DNA of 64,000 nucleotides from Shigella phage A2. The notes below the pieces were generated by a model that had not been told where the DNA came from, ran no database searches, and saw nothing but the letters and a program-made list of their open reading frames with translations. Location: sequence record OP197928. One strand, written 5' to 3'. Shown here in pieces: positions 43,684 to 54,248 of the stretch. Positions within the stretch are counted from its first letter, which is position 1, and each line of letters starts with the position of its first letter. A program made the translations under genes and the position numbers.

Positions 43684-44601
43684 TCAAAATTCATTAATGC
43701 TATTAGTTAATTTAGAAAGACCCGCTTTTACAAAATATGAATAAATTTTGCCGCGCGGTGGTAATTTATATGAATTATAGTAATTCACAATGTTTGAAGC
43801 AATATTATCAGGAATATAATCAAAATCAATTAGAACTAAATTTTCTTTATAACGATTATATTCAGATTCTGTGAGAAGCACCTTAGCTTGCTCACGATCA
43901 TTAGCAATAGCTTCAACAATAGAGGTTTTCATTGAAGGAGTTCGTTCACCTTCAACTTTGGTAAACCAAAAGTCAGATCGTACTTTAACTGAAGCAACGT
44001 TATCCTTTTTGTCGCCTTTAAGGATTTTAGTCATACAGTCAATTTCAGCAGAACCGCTTTTAATTTTAACCCATTTCTTATGCATCGGCGACCATTGCTT
44101 AACATTTGGGTATTTATGAAGCTGTGTAAAGTCACCATCCGATGAAATGATTAAAATCTTGTGTCCTTCTAAAGAGAACTTTTTAACAAGAACAGCAATG
44201 TGGTCATCTGCTTCATACTTATCAATATCCATAACAATGTATGGCATATAAGCTTTCAATTCATCTATAACTTTATGGCTGGATTCAAAATAACCTTCCC
44301 AGTCCCAAGTAGATTCTTCTCGTGCTTTTCCACGGTTTTTCTTATAATAATACGCGAAATCACGACGCCAGTATCCAGATTTCGCGTTATCAATACACAA
44401 TACAATTTTAGTGTATCCAAGAGTTTTTGCTTTTTTGACATTAAACTTAATTGAGTTCAATATCAAATGACGAACCATTGATAAATTAATTTTTTCTTTA
44501 TCTGGGAAGTTTACTAAAGCAGTTGAAAGCGCAATTTGACTAAAGTCAATAAAGCAAATTCCTTCTTTATAATCTTCATCCAACATCATTTCTAAATCCA
44601 T
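43684..44601 (-). CDS. rnh: RNase H / FEN-type 5'-3' exonuclease
   Basis: Likely start MDLEMMLDEDY (305 aa); flap endonuclease acidic motifs. Confidence 0.9.
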   Translation of the reverse strand: MDLEMMLDEDYKEGICFIDFSQIALSTALVNFPDKEKINLSMVRHLILNSIKFNVKKAKTLGYTKIVLCIDNAKSGYWRRDFAYYYKKNRGKAREESTWDWEGYFESSHKVIDELKAYMPYIVMDIDKYEADDHIAVLVKKFSLEGHKILIISSDGDFTQLHKYPNVKQWSPMHKKWVKIKSGSAEIDCMTKILKGDKKDNVASVKVRSDFWFTKVEGERTPSMKTSIVEAIANDREQAKVLLTESEYNRYKENLVLIDFDYIPDNIASNIVNYYNSYKLPPRGKIYSYFVKAGLSKLTNSINEF

Positions 44602-44663
44602 ATGAACCTCGTTCAATTAGTGAGATTTCTATTATATACCATCCAAATCTTAAAGTAAACAAG

Positions 44664-44671
44664 TATAAATA
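44664..44671 (+). promoter_or_regulatory. Late promoter (TATAAATA) for gene 34
   Basis: Exact TATAAATA 35 nt upstream of ATG 44706; AGGAG SD. Confidence 0.7.
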
Positions 44672-44705
44672 CTTATTATTGAAAACACAATAGGAGCCCG
44701 GGAGA

Positions 44706-47700
44706 ATGGCCGAGATTAAAAGAAAGTTCAGAGCAGAAGATGGTCTGGACGCAGGTGGTGATAAAATAATCAACGTAGCTTTAGCTGATCGTGCCGTAGG
44801 AACTGACGGTGTTAACGTTGATTACTTAATTCAAGAAAACACAGTTCAACAATATGATCCAACTCGTGGATATTTAAAAGATTTTGTAATCATTTATGAT
44901 AACCGCTTTTGGGCTGCTATAAATGATATTCCAAAACCGGCAGGAGCTTTTAATAGCGGACGCTGGAGAGCATTACGTACCGATGCTAACTGGATTACAG
45001 TCTCATCTGGTTCATATCAATTAAAATCTGGTGAAGCTATTTCGGTTAACACTGCAGCTGGTAATGATATTACATTTACTTTACCATCTACCCCAATTGA
45101 CGGTGATACTATCGTTCTCCAAGACATTGGAGGAAAACCTGGAGTTAACCAAGTTTTAATTGTAGCTCCAGTGCAAAGTATTGTAAACTTCAGAGGCGAG
45201 CAAGTACGTTCAGTACTAATGACTCATCCAAAGTCACAGTTAGTTTTAATTTTTAGTAATCGTCTGTGGCAAATGTATGTTGCCGATTATAGTAGAGAAG
45301 CTGTCGTTGTAACACCAGCAAGTCTCTATCAGGCGCAATCTAATGATTTTATCGTACGTAGATTTACTTCTGCTGCACCAATTAATGTTAAACTTCCAAG
45401 ATTTGCTAATCATGGCGATATTATTAATTTCGTTGATTTAGATAAACTGAATCCACTTTATCATACAATTGTTACTACATACGATGAAACGACTTCAGTA
45501 CAAGAAGTTGGAACTCATTCCATTGAAGGCCGTACATCAATTGACGGTTTCTTGATGTTTGATGATAATGAGAAATTGTGGAGATTGTTTGACGGGGATA
45601 GTAAAGCACGTTTACGAATTATAACGACTAATTCTAATATTCGTCCAAACGAAGAAGTCATGGTATTTGGTGCGAATAACGGAACAACTCAAACAATTGA
45701 GCTTCAGCTTCCAACTAATATTTCTGTTGGTGATACTGTTAAAATTTCCATGAATTACATGAGAAAAGGACAAACAGTTAAAATCAAAGCTGCCGGTGAA
45801 GATAAAATTGCTTCTTCAGTTCAATTGCTGCAATTCCCAAAACGTTCAGAATATCCGCCTGAAACTAAATGGGTAACTGTTCAAGAATTAGTTTTTAACG
45901 GTGAAACTAATTATGTTCCAGTTTTACAACTTGCTTATATAGAAGATTCTGATGGAAAATACTGGGTTGTACAACAAAACGTTCCAACCGTAGAAAGAGT
46001 TGATTCTTTGAATGATTCTACTAGAGCAAGATTAGGCGTAATTGCTTTAGCTACACAGGCTCAAGCTAACGTCGATTTAGAAAATTCTCCACAAAAAGAA
46101 TTAGCAATTACTCCAGAAACATTAGCTAACCGTACTGCTACAGAAACTCGTAGAGGTATCGCAAGAATAGCAACTACTGCTCAAGTGAATCAGAACACCA
46201 CATTCTCTTTTGCTGATGATATTATCATCACTCCTAAAAAGCTGAATGAAAGAACTGCTACAGAAACTCGCAGAGGTGTTGCAGAAATTGCTACTCAGCA
46301 AGAAACAAACGCAGGAACAGATGATACAACCATCATTACTCCTAAAAAGCTTCAAGCTCGTCAAGGTTCTGAATCATTATCTGGTATTGTAACCTTTGTA
46401 TCTACCGCAGGAGCTACTCCAGCTTCTAGTCGTGAATTAAATGGTACAAACGTTTATAATAAAAACACTAATAATTTAGTTGTTTCGCCTAAAGCTCTGG
46501 ATCAGTATAAAGCTACTCCAACACAACAAGGTGCAGTAATTTTAGCAGTTGAAAGCGAAGTAATTGCTGGACAAAGCCAAGAAGGATGGGCAAATGCGGT
46601 TGTAACGCCAGAAACGTTACATAAAAAGACATCAACTGATGGAAGAATTGGTTTAATTGAAATTGCTACGCAAAGTGAAGTTAATACAGGAACTGATTAT
46701 ACTCGTGCAGTCACTCCTAAAACTTTAAATGACCGTAGAGCAACTGAAAGTTTAAGTGGTATAGCTGAAATTGCTACACAAGTTGAATTCGACGCAGGCG
46801 TCGACGATACTCGTATCTCTACACCATTAAAAATTAAAACTAGATTTAATAGTACTGATCGTACTTCTGTTGTTGCTCTATCTGGATTAGTTGAATCAGG
46901 AACTCTCTGGGACCATTATACCCTTAATATTCTTGAAGCAAATGAGACACAGCGTGGTACACTTCGTGTAGCTACACAAGTTGAAGCTGCTGCAGGAACA
47001 TTAGATAATGTTTTAATAACTCCTAAAAAGCTTTTAGGTACTAAATCTACCGAATCGCAAGAAGGTGTTATTAAAGTTGCAACTCAAGCTGAAACCGTAG
47101 CTGGAACGTCAGCAAATACTGCTGTATCTCCAAAAAATTTAAAATGGATTGTGCAGAGTGAACCTACCTGGGCAGCTACTACTGCGATAAGAGGTTTTGT
47201 TAAAACTTCATCTGGTTCAATTACATTCGTTGGTAATGATACAGTCGGTTCTACCCAAGATTTAGAACTATATGAGAAAAATAGCTATGCAGTATCACCA
47301 TATGAATTAAACCGTGTATTAGCAAATTATTTGCCGTTAAAAGCAAAAGCTGCTGATACAAATTTATTGGATGGTCTAGATTCATCTCAGTTCATTCGTA
47401 GGGATATTGCACAGACGGTTAATGGTTCACTAACCTTAACCCAGCAAACGAATCTGAGTGCCCCTCTTGTATCATCTAGTACTGCTACGTTTGGTGGATC
47501 AGTTTCGGCAAATAGTACATTAACTATTTCTAATACTGGAACGGCAACTCGTCTGATTTTTGAGAAAGGACCTCAAACTGGAACTAACCCAGCACAGACG
47601 ATGACTATCAGAGTTTGGGGAAATCAGTTTGGCGGCGGTTCAGATACAACACGTTCTACTGTATTTGAAGTTGGTGATGAAACGTCTAATCACTTTTATT

Positions 47701-48575
47701 CTCAACGCAATAAAGCTGGTAATATTACGTTTAGCATTAATGGTACTGTAATGCCAATAAATGTTAACGCTTCCGGTTCATTGAATGCGAATGGCGTAGC
47801 AACATTTGGTAGTTCAGTTACAGCCAATGGTGAATTCATTAGCAAGTCTGCAAATGCTTTCAGAGCAATAAATGGCGACTATGGATTCTTTATTCGCAAT
47901 GATGCTGCTAACACCTATTTTATGCTTACTGCATCGGGTGATCAGACTGGCGGATTTAATGGATTACGTCCTTTAGCTATTAATAATGCATCTGGTCAAG
48001 TAACTATTGGTGAAAGCTTAATCATTGCCAAAGGTGCTACTATAAATTCAGGTGGTTTAACTGTTAACTCGAGAATTCGTTCTCAAGGTTCTAAAACTGC
48101 TGATTTATATACTCGTGCTCCTACCGCTGATACAGTCGGATTCTGGTCAATTGACATTGATGATTCAGCTACATATAACCAATTCCCTGGTTATTTTAAA
48201 ATGGTTGAAAAAACTAATGAAGTGACTGGGCTTCCATACTTAGAACGTGGTGAAGAAGTTAAATCTCCTGGTACACTGACACAGTTTGGTAACACACTTG
48301 ATTCGCTTTACCAAGATTGGATTACTTATCCAACGACACCAGAAGCGCGTACCACTCGCTGGACACGTACATGGCAGAAAACCAAAAACTCTTGGTCAAG
48401 TTTTGTTCAGGTATTTGACGGAGGTAACCCTCCACAACCGTCTGATATCGGTGCTTTACCATCTGATAATGCTACAATGGGGAATCTTACTATTCGTGAT
48501 TTCTTACGAATTGGTAATGTTCGCATTATTCCTGACCCAGTGAATAAAACGGTTAAATTTGAATGGGTTGAATAA
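44706..48575 (+). CDS. 34: Long tail fibre proximal subunit gp34
   Basis: 1289 aa; internal repeats; first gene of 34-38 tail-fibre block. Confidence 0.93.
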   Translation: MAEIKRKFRAEDGLDAGGDKIINVALADRAVGTDGVNVDYLIQENTVQQYDPTRGYLKDFVIIYDNRFWAAINDIPKPAGAFNSGRWRALRTDANWITVSSGSYQLKSGEAISVNTAAGNDITFTLPSTPIDGDTIVLQDIGGKPGVNQVLIVAPVQSIVNFRGEQVRSVLMTHPKSQLVLIFSNRLWQMYVADYSREAVVVTPASLYQAQSNDFIVRRFTSAAPINVKLPRFANHGDIINFVDLDKLNPLYHTIVTTYDETTSVQEVGTHSIEGRTSIDGFLMFDDNEKLWRLFDGDSKARLRIITTNSNIRPNEEVMVFGANNGTTQTIELQLPTNISVGDTVKISMNYMRKGQTVKIKAAGEDKIASSVQLLQFPKRSEYPPETKWVTVQELVFNGETNYVPVLQLAYIEDSDGKYWVVQQNVPTVERVDSLNDSTRARLGVIALATQAQANVDLENSPQKELAITPETLANRTATETRRGIARIATTAQVNQNTTFSFADDIIITPKKLNERTATETRRGVAEIATQQETNAGTDDTTIITPKKLQARQGSESLSGIVTFVSTAGATPASSRELNGTNVYNKNTNNLVVSPKALDQYKATPTQQGAVILAVESEVIAGQSQEGWANAVVTPETLHKKTSTDGRIGLIEIATQSEVNTGTDYTRAVTPKTLNDRRATESLSGIAEIATQVEFDAGVDDTRISTPLKIKTRFNSTDRTSVVALSGLVESGTLWDHYTLNILEANETQRGTLRVATQVEAAAGTLDNVLITPKKLLGTKSTESQEGVIKVATQAETVAGTSANTAVSPKNLKWIVQSEPTWAATTAIRGFVKTSSGSITFVGNDTVGSTQDLELYEKNSYAVSPYELNRVLANYLPLKAKAADTNLLDGLDSSQFIRRDIAQTVNGSLTLTQQTNLSAPLVSSSTATFGGSVSANSTLTISNTGTATRLIFEKGPQTGTNPAQTMTIRVWGNQFGGGSDTTRSTVFEVGDETSNHFYSQRNKAGNITFSINGTVMPINVNASGSLNANGVATFGSSVTANGEFISKSANAFRAINGDYGFFIRNDAANTYFMLTASGDQTGGFNGLRPLAINNASGQVTIGESLIIAKGATINSGGLTVNSRIRSQGSKTADLYTRAPTADTVGFWSIDIDDSATYNQFPGYFKMVEKTNEVTGLPYLERGEEVKSPGTLTQFGNTLDSLYQDWITYPTTPEARTTRWTRTWQKTKNSWSSFVQVFDGGNPPQPSDIGALPSDNATMGNLTIRDFLRIGNVRIIPDPVNKTVKFEWVE

Positions 48576-48583
48576 GAGGTATT

Positions 48584-49699
48584 ATGGAAAAATTTATGGC
48601 AGAGTTTGGACAAGGATATGTCCAAACGCCATTTTTATCGGAAAGTAATTCAGTAAGATATAAAATAAGTATAGCGGGTTCTTGCCCGCTTTCTACGGCA
48701 GGACCATACGTTAAATTTCAGGATAATCCTGTTGGAAGTCAAACATTTAGCGCAGGACTTCATTTAAGAGTTTTTGATCCTTCCACCGGAGCATTAGTTG
48801 ATAGTAAGTCATATGCCTTTTCGACTTCAAACGATACTACATCAGCTGCTTTTGTTAGTTTCATGAATTCTTTGGCGAATAACAGACTTGTTGCTATATT
48901 AACTAACGGAAAGGTTAATTTTCCTCCTGAAGTAGTATCTTGGTTAAGAACAGCAGGAACGTCTGCTTTTCCATCTGACTCTGTATTGTCAAGATTCGAC
49001 GTATCATATGCTGCTTTTTATACTTCTTCTAAAAGAGCTATTGCATTAGAGCATGTTAAACTGAGTAATAGAAAAAGCACAGATGATTATCAAACTATTT
49101 TAGATGTTGTATTTGACAGTTTAGAAGACGTCGGAGCTACCGGGTTTCCAAGAAGAACGTATGAAAGCGTTGAGCAATTTATGTCAGCGGTTGGTGGAAC
49201 TAATAACGAAATTGCAAGATTACCAACTTCAGCTGCTATAAGTAAACTATCTGACTACAATTTAATTCCTGGCGATGTTCTTTATCTTAAAGCACAGTTA
49301 TATGCTGATGCCGATTTACTTGCGCTTGGAACAACAAATATATCTATCCGTTTTTATAACGCATCTAATGGATATATTTCCTCGACACAAGCTGAGTTTA
49401 CTGGACAAGCTGGATCTTGGGAATTAAAAGAAGATTATGTGGTTGTTCCAGAAAACGCTGTCGGATTTACGATATATGCACAGAGAACTGCGCAAGCTGG
49501 TCAAGGTGGCATGAGAAATTTAAGCTTTTCTGAAGTGTCAAGAAATGGAGGTATTTCGAAACCTGCTGAATTTGGCGTCAATGGCATTCGTGTTAATTAT
49601 ATCTGTGAATCTGCTTCACCTCCGGATATAATGGTACTTCCTACGCAAGCATCGTCTAAAACTGGTAAAGTGTTTGGGCAAGAATTTAGAGAAGTTTAA
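48584..49699 (+). CDS. 35: Long tail fibre hinge protein gp35
   Basis: 371 aa; gene order. Confidence 0.88.
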   Translation: MEKFMAEFGQGYVQTPFLSESNSVRYKISIAGSCPLSTAGPYVKFQDNPVGSQTFSAGLHLRVFDPSTGALVDSKSYAFSTSNDTTSAAFVSFMNSLANNRLVAILTNGKVNFPPEVVSWLRTAGTSAFPSDSVLSRFDVSYAAFYTSSKRAIALEHVKLSNRKSTDDYQTILDVVFDSLEDVGATGFPRRTYESVEQFMSAVGGTNNEIARLPTSAAISKLSDYNLIPGDVLYLKAQLYADADLLALGTTNISIRFYNASNGYISSTQAEFTGQAGSWELKEDYVVVPENAVGFTIYAQRTAQAGQGGMRNLSFSEVSRNGGISKPAEFGVNGIRVNYICESASPPDIMVLPTQASSKTGKVFGQEFREV

Positions 49700-49704
49700 A
49701 TTGA

Positions 49705-49730
49705 GGGAGCCTTCGGGTTCCCTTTTTCTT
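49705..49730 (+). terminator. Hairpin terminator after gene 35
   Basis: GGGAGCC-TTCG-GGTTCCC followed by TTTTTCTTT. Confidence 0.6.
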
Positions 49731-49738
49731 TATAAATA
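49731..49738 (+). promoter_or_regulatory. Late promoter (TATAAATA) for gene 36
   Basis: Exact TATAAATA 24 nt upstream of ATG 49762. Confidence 0.7.
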
Positions 49739-49761
49739 CTATTAAAATAAAGGGGCATACA

Positions 49762-50427
49762 ATGGCTGATTTAAAAGTAGGTTCAACAACTGGAGGCTCT
49801 GTCATTTGGCATCAAGGAAATTTTCCATTGAATCCAGCCGGTGACGATGTACTCTATAAATCATTTAAAATATATTCAGAATACAATAAACCACAAGCTG
49901 TTGATAACGATTTCGTTTCTAAAGCTAATGGTGGTACTTATGCATCAAAGGTAACATTTAATGCTGGTGTTCAAGTACCATATGCTGTAAACAATACAAA
50001 CCCGTGCGGTATTTATCCAGGTAACGGTGATAATGCTACTTTTGCTGTAGCAAATATCGATATTGTTTCGTGGAATGGTATTGGTTTTAAATCATCACAG
50101 GGTTCAGCAGCCCGAACTGTTGTAATTAATGCACGTAATGGTGATATTAGTACAAAAGGCGTTGTGTCGGCAGCAGGTCAAGTAAGAAGTGATGCGGCTG
50201 CTCCTATAGCAGCGAATGACCTTACTAGAAAGGACTATGTTGATGGAGCAATAAATACTGTTACAGCAAATGCGAACTCTAGAGTGTTACGATCTGGTGA
50301 TACTATGACTGGAAACTTAACCGCACCAAACTTTTTCTCACAGAATCCTGCATCTCAACCTTCACATGTTCCACGATTTGACCAAATCGTAATTAAGGAT
50401 TCTGTTCAAGATTTCGGCTATTATTAA
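49762..50427 (+). CDS. 36: Long tail fibre distal connector gp36
   Basis: 221 aa; gene order. Confidence 0.88.
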   Translation: MADLKVGSTTGGSVIWHQGNFPLNPAGDDVLYKSFKIYSEYNKPQAVDNDFVSKANGGTYASKVTFNAGVQVPYAVNNTNPCGIYPGNGDNATFAVANIDIVSWNGIGFKSSQGSAARTVVINARNGDISTKGVVSAAGQVRSDAAAPIAANDLTRKDYVDGAINTVTANANSRVLRSGDTMTGNLTAPNFFSQNPASQPSHVPRFDQIVIKDSVQDFGYY

Positions 50428-50435
50428 GAGGACTT

Positions 50436-53400
50436 ATGGCTACTTTAAAACAAATACAATTTAAAAGAAGCAAAACTGCAGGTCAACGTCCTGCTGCTTC
50501 AGTATTAGCCGAAGGTGAATTGGCTATAAACTTAAAAGACCGTACTCTTTTTACTAAAGATGACTCGGGAAATATTATTGATTTAAGCATTACCGCTGGC
50601 GGTAATATTAGTGGAAATATCACTCAAACTGGCGATTATACACAGACTGGAAAATTTAATTTAATTGGTCCGCAAATTGTAGCAAGCGGTGGATATATTG
50701 AGTTTAATTATCGTACTACTGGAAGTGGGGCTTGGTCCGGTCAACACACTGCAAAAGCTCCAATTTTTGTAGATTTAAGCTCAGCTACTTCCACATCTGA
50801 ATATAATCCTATAATTAAACAGCGCTTTAAAGATGGAACTTTTTCATTAGGTACTTTAGTTTCTGAAGGTTCGTTGAAGATTCATTATATTGATGAAACT
50901 GGTCAATCTAAATATTGGACATTTGCGCGCTCAGGTAATTTTCAAGTTGATTCTGGTAATTTATTAGTATCTGGTGGGTATTTAGTCGCTCAGAGTAATA
51001 TTGAAACAAGAACAGGTTCTTTGATTGGTCCATCTGTTGTAACTAAAAATATTTCATTTGATACGAAAGCGTTTGGACAATACGATTCGCAGTCATTAGT
51101 TCAATATGTTTATCCTGGAACTGGTGAAACAAACGGAATTAATTACCTTCGTAAATTCCGTGCAAAATCTGGTGGTACGATTTATCATGAATTAGCTTCT
51201 GCACAAACCGGAAAAAGTGATGAACTGTCTTGGTGGACCGGTAATACAGCCGTTAATAAACAAATGGGCCTTCGCAATGATGGGTCTTTAGTGTTGCGAC
51301 GCTCACTCGCAATTGGTACAATTACAACAGATGAAAACATTAATAATTACGGCTCCACTGGAGCAATGGGTGAATGCTATATAGTCATTGGAGATGCCGC
51401 AACTGGTGTATCATATAAAAGATCTGGTGTATATGATTTAGTTGCTAATGGTCTTTCTATCGCGTCTATTACTCCTGATAGTTTCCGTAGTACTCGTAAA
51501 GCGTTATTTGGACGTTCAGAAGACCAAGGCGGAACCTGGACAATGCCTGGAACGAATGCTGCATTTTTATCAGTTCAAACACAGGCTGATGAAAACAGTG
51601 CTGGAGACGGTCAGACACATATTGGCTATAATTCAGGCGGAAAAATGAACCACTATTTCCGCGGCAAAGGCAAAACTAATATTAATACTCAAGAAGGCAT
51701 GGAAGTTAACCCGGGTATTCTTAAAATAGTAACCGGTGCAAATAATGTAATGTTTTATGCTGATGGCGGTATTACATCCACTAAGCAGCTTTCAATATAT
51801 AATGGTGTATATTTAGCAGCTAATAATTCTACTGCTGGGCTAACATTCGCTCCAACTACTACAATTGATGGCACTAAGCAAATTTTGTGGGAAGGTGGTA
51901 AGCGCGCTGGACAGAATAAAAGCTATGTAACTGTTAAAGCGTGGGGTAATTCATTTAACGCATCTGGCGATCGTAATCGTGAAACAGTTTTTGAAGTAGC
52001 TGACGGACAAGGTTATTATTTTTATTCCCAGCGTGTAGCCCCAAGCGGCTCAGAAACTACTGGTCCTGTTGTAACTCAGTTTGCTGGAGCTGTTAATGCT
52101 AGAGGAAGTATTATTACTGACGGAAGTTTTAAAGTTAATGGATTGAGCACTTTAGTCGGTAATGTTACCATGTCTAATGGTTTGTTTGTCCAAGGTGGTT
52201 CTTCTGTTACTGGACAAGTTAAAATCGGCGGAACTGCTGATGCATTAAGAATTTGGAATGCCGAATATGGTGCTATTTTCCGTCGCTCAGAAAGTAATCT
52301 TTATATTATCCCGACTCCTAAAGATGCTGGAGAATCTGGTGGTATAAGTAATCTTAGACCATTGATAATAGAACTGAACACTGGCACAGTTAAAATGTCG
52401 CATGATGTTCATTTAGGAGATTCTGGATCTGGTACAGGATTATTACAAGTAAGTAATAGTCTTAAAACTATTAAAATGATATGTCCAGTAACTATTAATG
52501 AACGCAATGCAGCGCTTACTCTAGATTCTCCTTCATCTTCTTCTGCTAATTATTTGCAGGGTTCTAAAGCTGGAACTAGATCGTGGTATGTTGGTCTTGG
52601 TGGTGCTGGAAATGATTTATCACTTTATAGCCAATCTTATGGGCATGGTCTTGTTATAAGTGATAATTTCGTGTCAATCACTAAACCCTTTAAAGTCGGA
52701 AATGCCCAACTAGGAACTGACGGTAATATTACCAACGGTTCAGGAAACTTTGCTAACTTAAATACCACGTTAAATCGTAAAGTTAATTCTGGATTTATTA
52801 CTTATGGAGCAACTGCTGGATGGTATAAGTTTGCAACAGTAACAATGCCACAATCCACTTCGACAGTCTTCTTTAAAATAGCCGGTGGTTCTGGATTTAA
52901 TAGCGGATTATTCACACAATGTAATATTGCTGAAATTGTTTTACGTACTAGCAATGAAAGACCTGCTGACTTAAATGCTGTATTATACACAAGAACAATT
53001 GGATCTGCATTTAAAGATATTGCAGTTAATAACGTCTCTGGAGATACATATGACATTTATGTTTCTGCCGGAACATATTGCAATCAATTAACTTGTGAAT
53101 GGACATGTACTGAAAACGCTACGGTTAGTGTTATTGGTATTAACTCATCTACACAATCGCCTGTAGATGCTCTTCCAGACACAGCAGTTAACGGTCAAGT
53201 TGCTAATGTTCTTAATAACTTGGTTGATCGCGGTAAAGTTAAACGTTACGAAGCTGATTCTGAAATAGCTATTAATAACCAAACCGGCATTCGTATTAGA
53301 AGCAACGGCGATAAAACTGGTTCTATTGCTACAATGCTACGAAATGATGGCGGTAGTTTTTATATTCTGTTTACAGATAAAAATGCCACCGATGGCGCAG

Positions 53401-54218
53401 CAACTGTTAACGGCGATTGGAATAGTAAGCGTCCTTTCGCAATTAACTTAACAACCGGTGAAGTGCTAATGAATAACGGTATAGCTGTTCGCAGCGCTGC
53501 TTTATTCTATAATAGCATAAACGTCAAAGATAATGGTTCTATTAACTTTGATAAATCAGGCGCTAACCCTAGAAATATGAGAATATTTCATGCTGGCGAT
53601 GCTTCTCGCGGTAACCGTATTGAAATTGCCGATGAAACTAACTATATTGCTTACTTTGAAAAAGCTCCAGGTGGAGCTAACCGCTTTGTAGTAAATAATG
53701 CTACTGTGGCTGGTGTTAATCAAATGAATTCATTTGGTATTAACATCAATAACGCACTTGGTGGAAACAGTATAGCATTTGGTGATAATGACACGGGTAT
53801 TAAGCAAAACGGCGATGGATTATTAGACATTTATGCGAATGGTGTGCAAACGTTCCGTTTCCAAAACGGTGATTTGTACTCATATAAAAATATAAATGCC
53901 CCAAACGTTTATATTCGTTCTGATATTCGCTTAAAATCTAATTTCAAACCTATCGAAAATGCACTTGATAAAGTTGAAAAACTCAATGGTGTCATTTATG
54001 ATAAAGCTGAATACATCGGTGGAGAGGCAATTGAAACTGAAGCGGGTATTGTGGCTCAAACGTTACAAGACGTTTTACCAGAAGCTGTCCGTGAAACAGA
54101 AGACAGCAAGGGTAATAAAATACTCACTGTTTCTTCTCAAGCCCAGATTGCTCTTCTGGTTGAAGCTGTGAAAACACTTTCTTCTCGTGTAAAAGAACTT
54201 GAATCTAAACTTATGTAA
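50436..54218 (+). CDS. 37: Long tail fibre distal subunit gp37 with C-terminal intramolecular-chaperone-like domain
   Basis: 1260 aa; module shared with gp34; C-terminal SDIRLKSNF...KELESKLM resembles auto-cleaving chaperone domains. Confidence 0.9.
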   Translation: MATLKQIQFKRSKTAGQRPAASVLAEGELAINLKDRTLFTKDDSGNIIDLSITAGGNISGNITQTGDYTQTGKFNLIGPQIVASGGYIEFNYRTTGSGAWSGQHTAKAPIFVDLSSATSTSEYNPIIKQRFKDGTFSLGTLVSEGSLKIHYIDETGQSKYWTFARSGNFQVDSGNLLVSGGYLVAQSNIETRTGSLIGPSVVTKNISFDTKAFGQYDSQSLVQYVYPGTGETNGINYLRKFRAKSGGTIYHELASAQTGKSDELSWWTGNTAVNKQMGLRNDGSLVLRRSLAIGTITTDENINNYGSTGAMGECYIVIGDAATGVSYKRSGVYDLVANGLSIASITPDSFRSTRKALFGRSEDQGGTWTMPGTNAAFLSVQTQADENSAGDGQTHIGYNSGGKMNHYFRGKGKTNINTQEGMEVNPGILKIVTGANNVMFYADGGITSTKQLSIYNGVYLAANNSTAGLTFAPTTTIDGTKQILWEGGKRAGQNKSYVTVKAWGNSFNASGDRNRETVFEVADGQGYYFYSQRVAPSGSETTGPVVTQFAGAVNARGSIITDGSFKVNGLSTLVGNVTMSNGLFVQGGSSVTGQVKIGGTADALRIWNAEYGAIFRRSESNLYIIPTPKDAGESGGISNLRPLIIELNTGTVKMSHDVHLGDSGSGTGLLQVSNSLKTIKMICPVTINERNAALTLDSPSSSSANYLQGSKAGTRSWYVGLGGAGNDLSLYSQSYGHGLVISDNFVSITKPFKVGNAQLGTDGNITNGSGNFANLNTTLNRKVNSGFITYGATAGWYKFATVTMPQSTSTVFFKIAGGSGFNSGLFTQCNIAEIVLRTSNERPADLNAVLYTRTIGSAFKDIAVNNVSGDTYDIYVSAGTYCNQLTCEWTCTENATVSVIGINSSTQSPVDALPDTAVNGQVANVLNNLVDRGKVKRYEADSEIAINNQTGIRIRSNGDKTGSIATMLRNDGGSFYILFTDKNATDGAATVNGDWNSKRPFAINLTTGEVLMNNGIAVRSAALFYNSINVKDNGSINFDKSGANPRNMRIFHAGDASRGNRIEIADETNYIAYFEKAPGGANRFVVNNATVAGVNQMNSFGININNALGGNSIAFGDNDTGIKQNGDGLLDIYANGVQTFRFQNGDLYSYKNINAPNVYIRSDIRLKSNFKPIENALDKVEKLNGVIYDKAEYIGGEAIETEAGIVAQTLQDVLPEAVRETEDSKGNKILTVSSQAQIALLVEAVKTLSSRVKELESKLM

Positions 54219-54248
54219 AAGAGGGCTTCGGCCCTCTAAGGATTTTTA

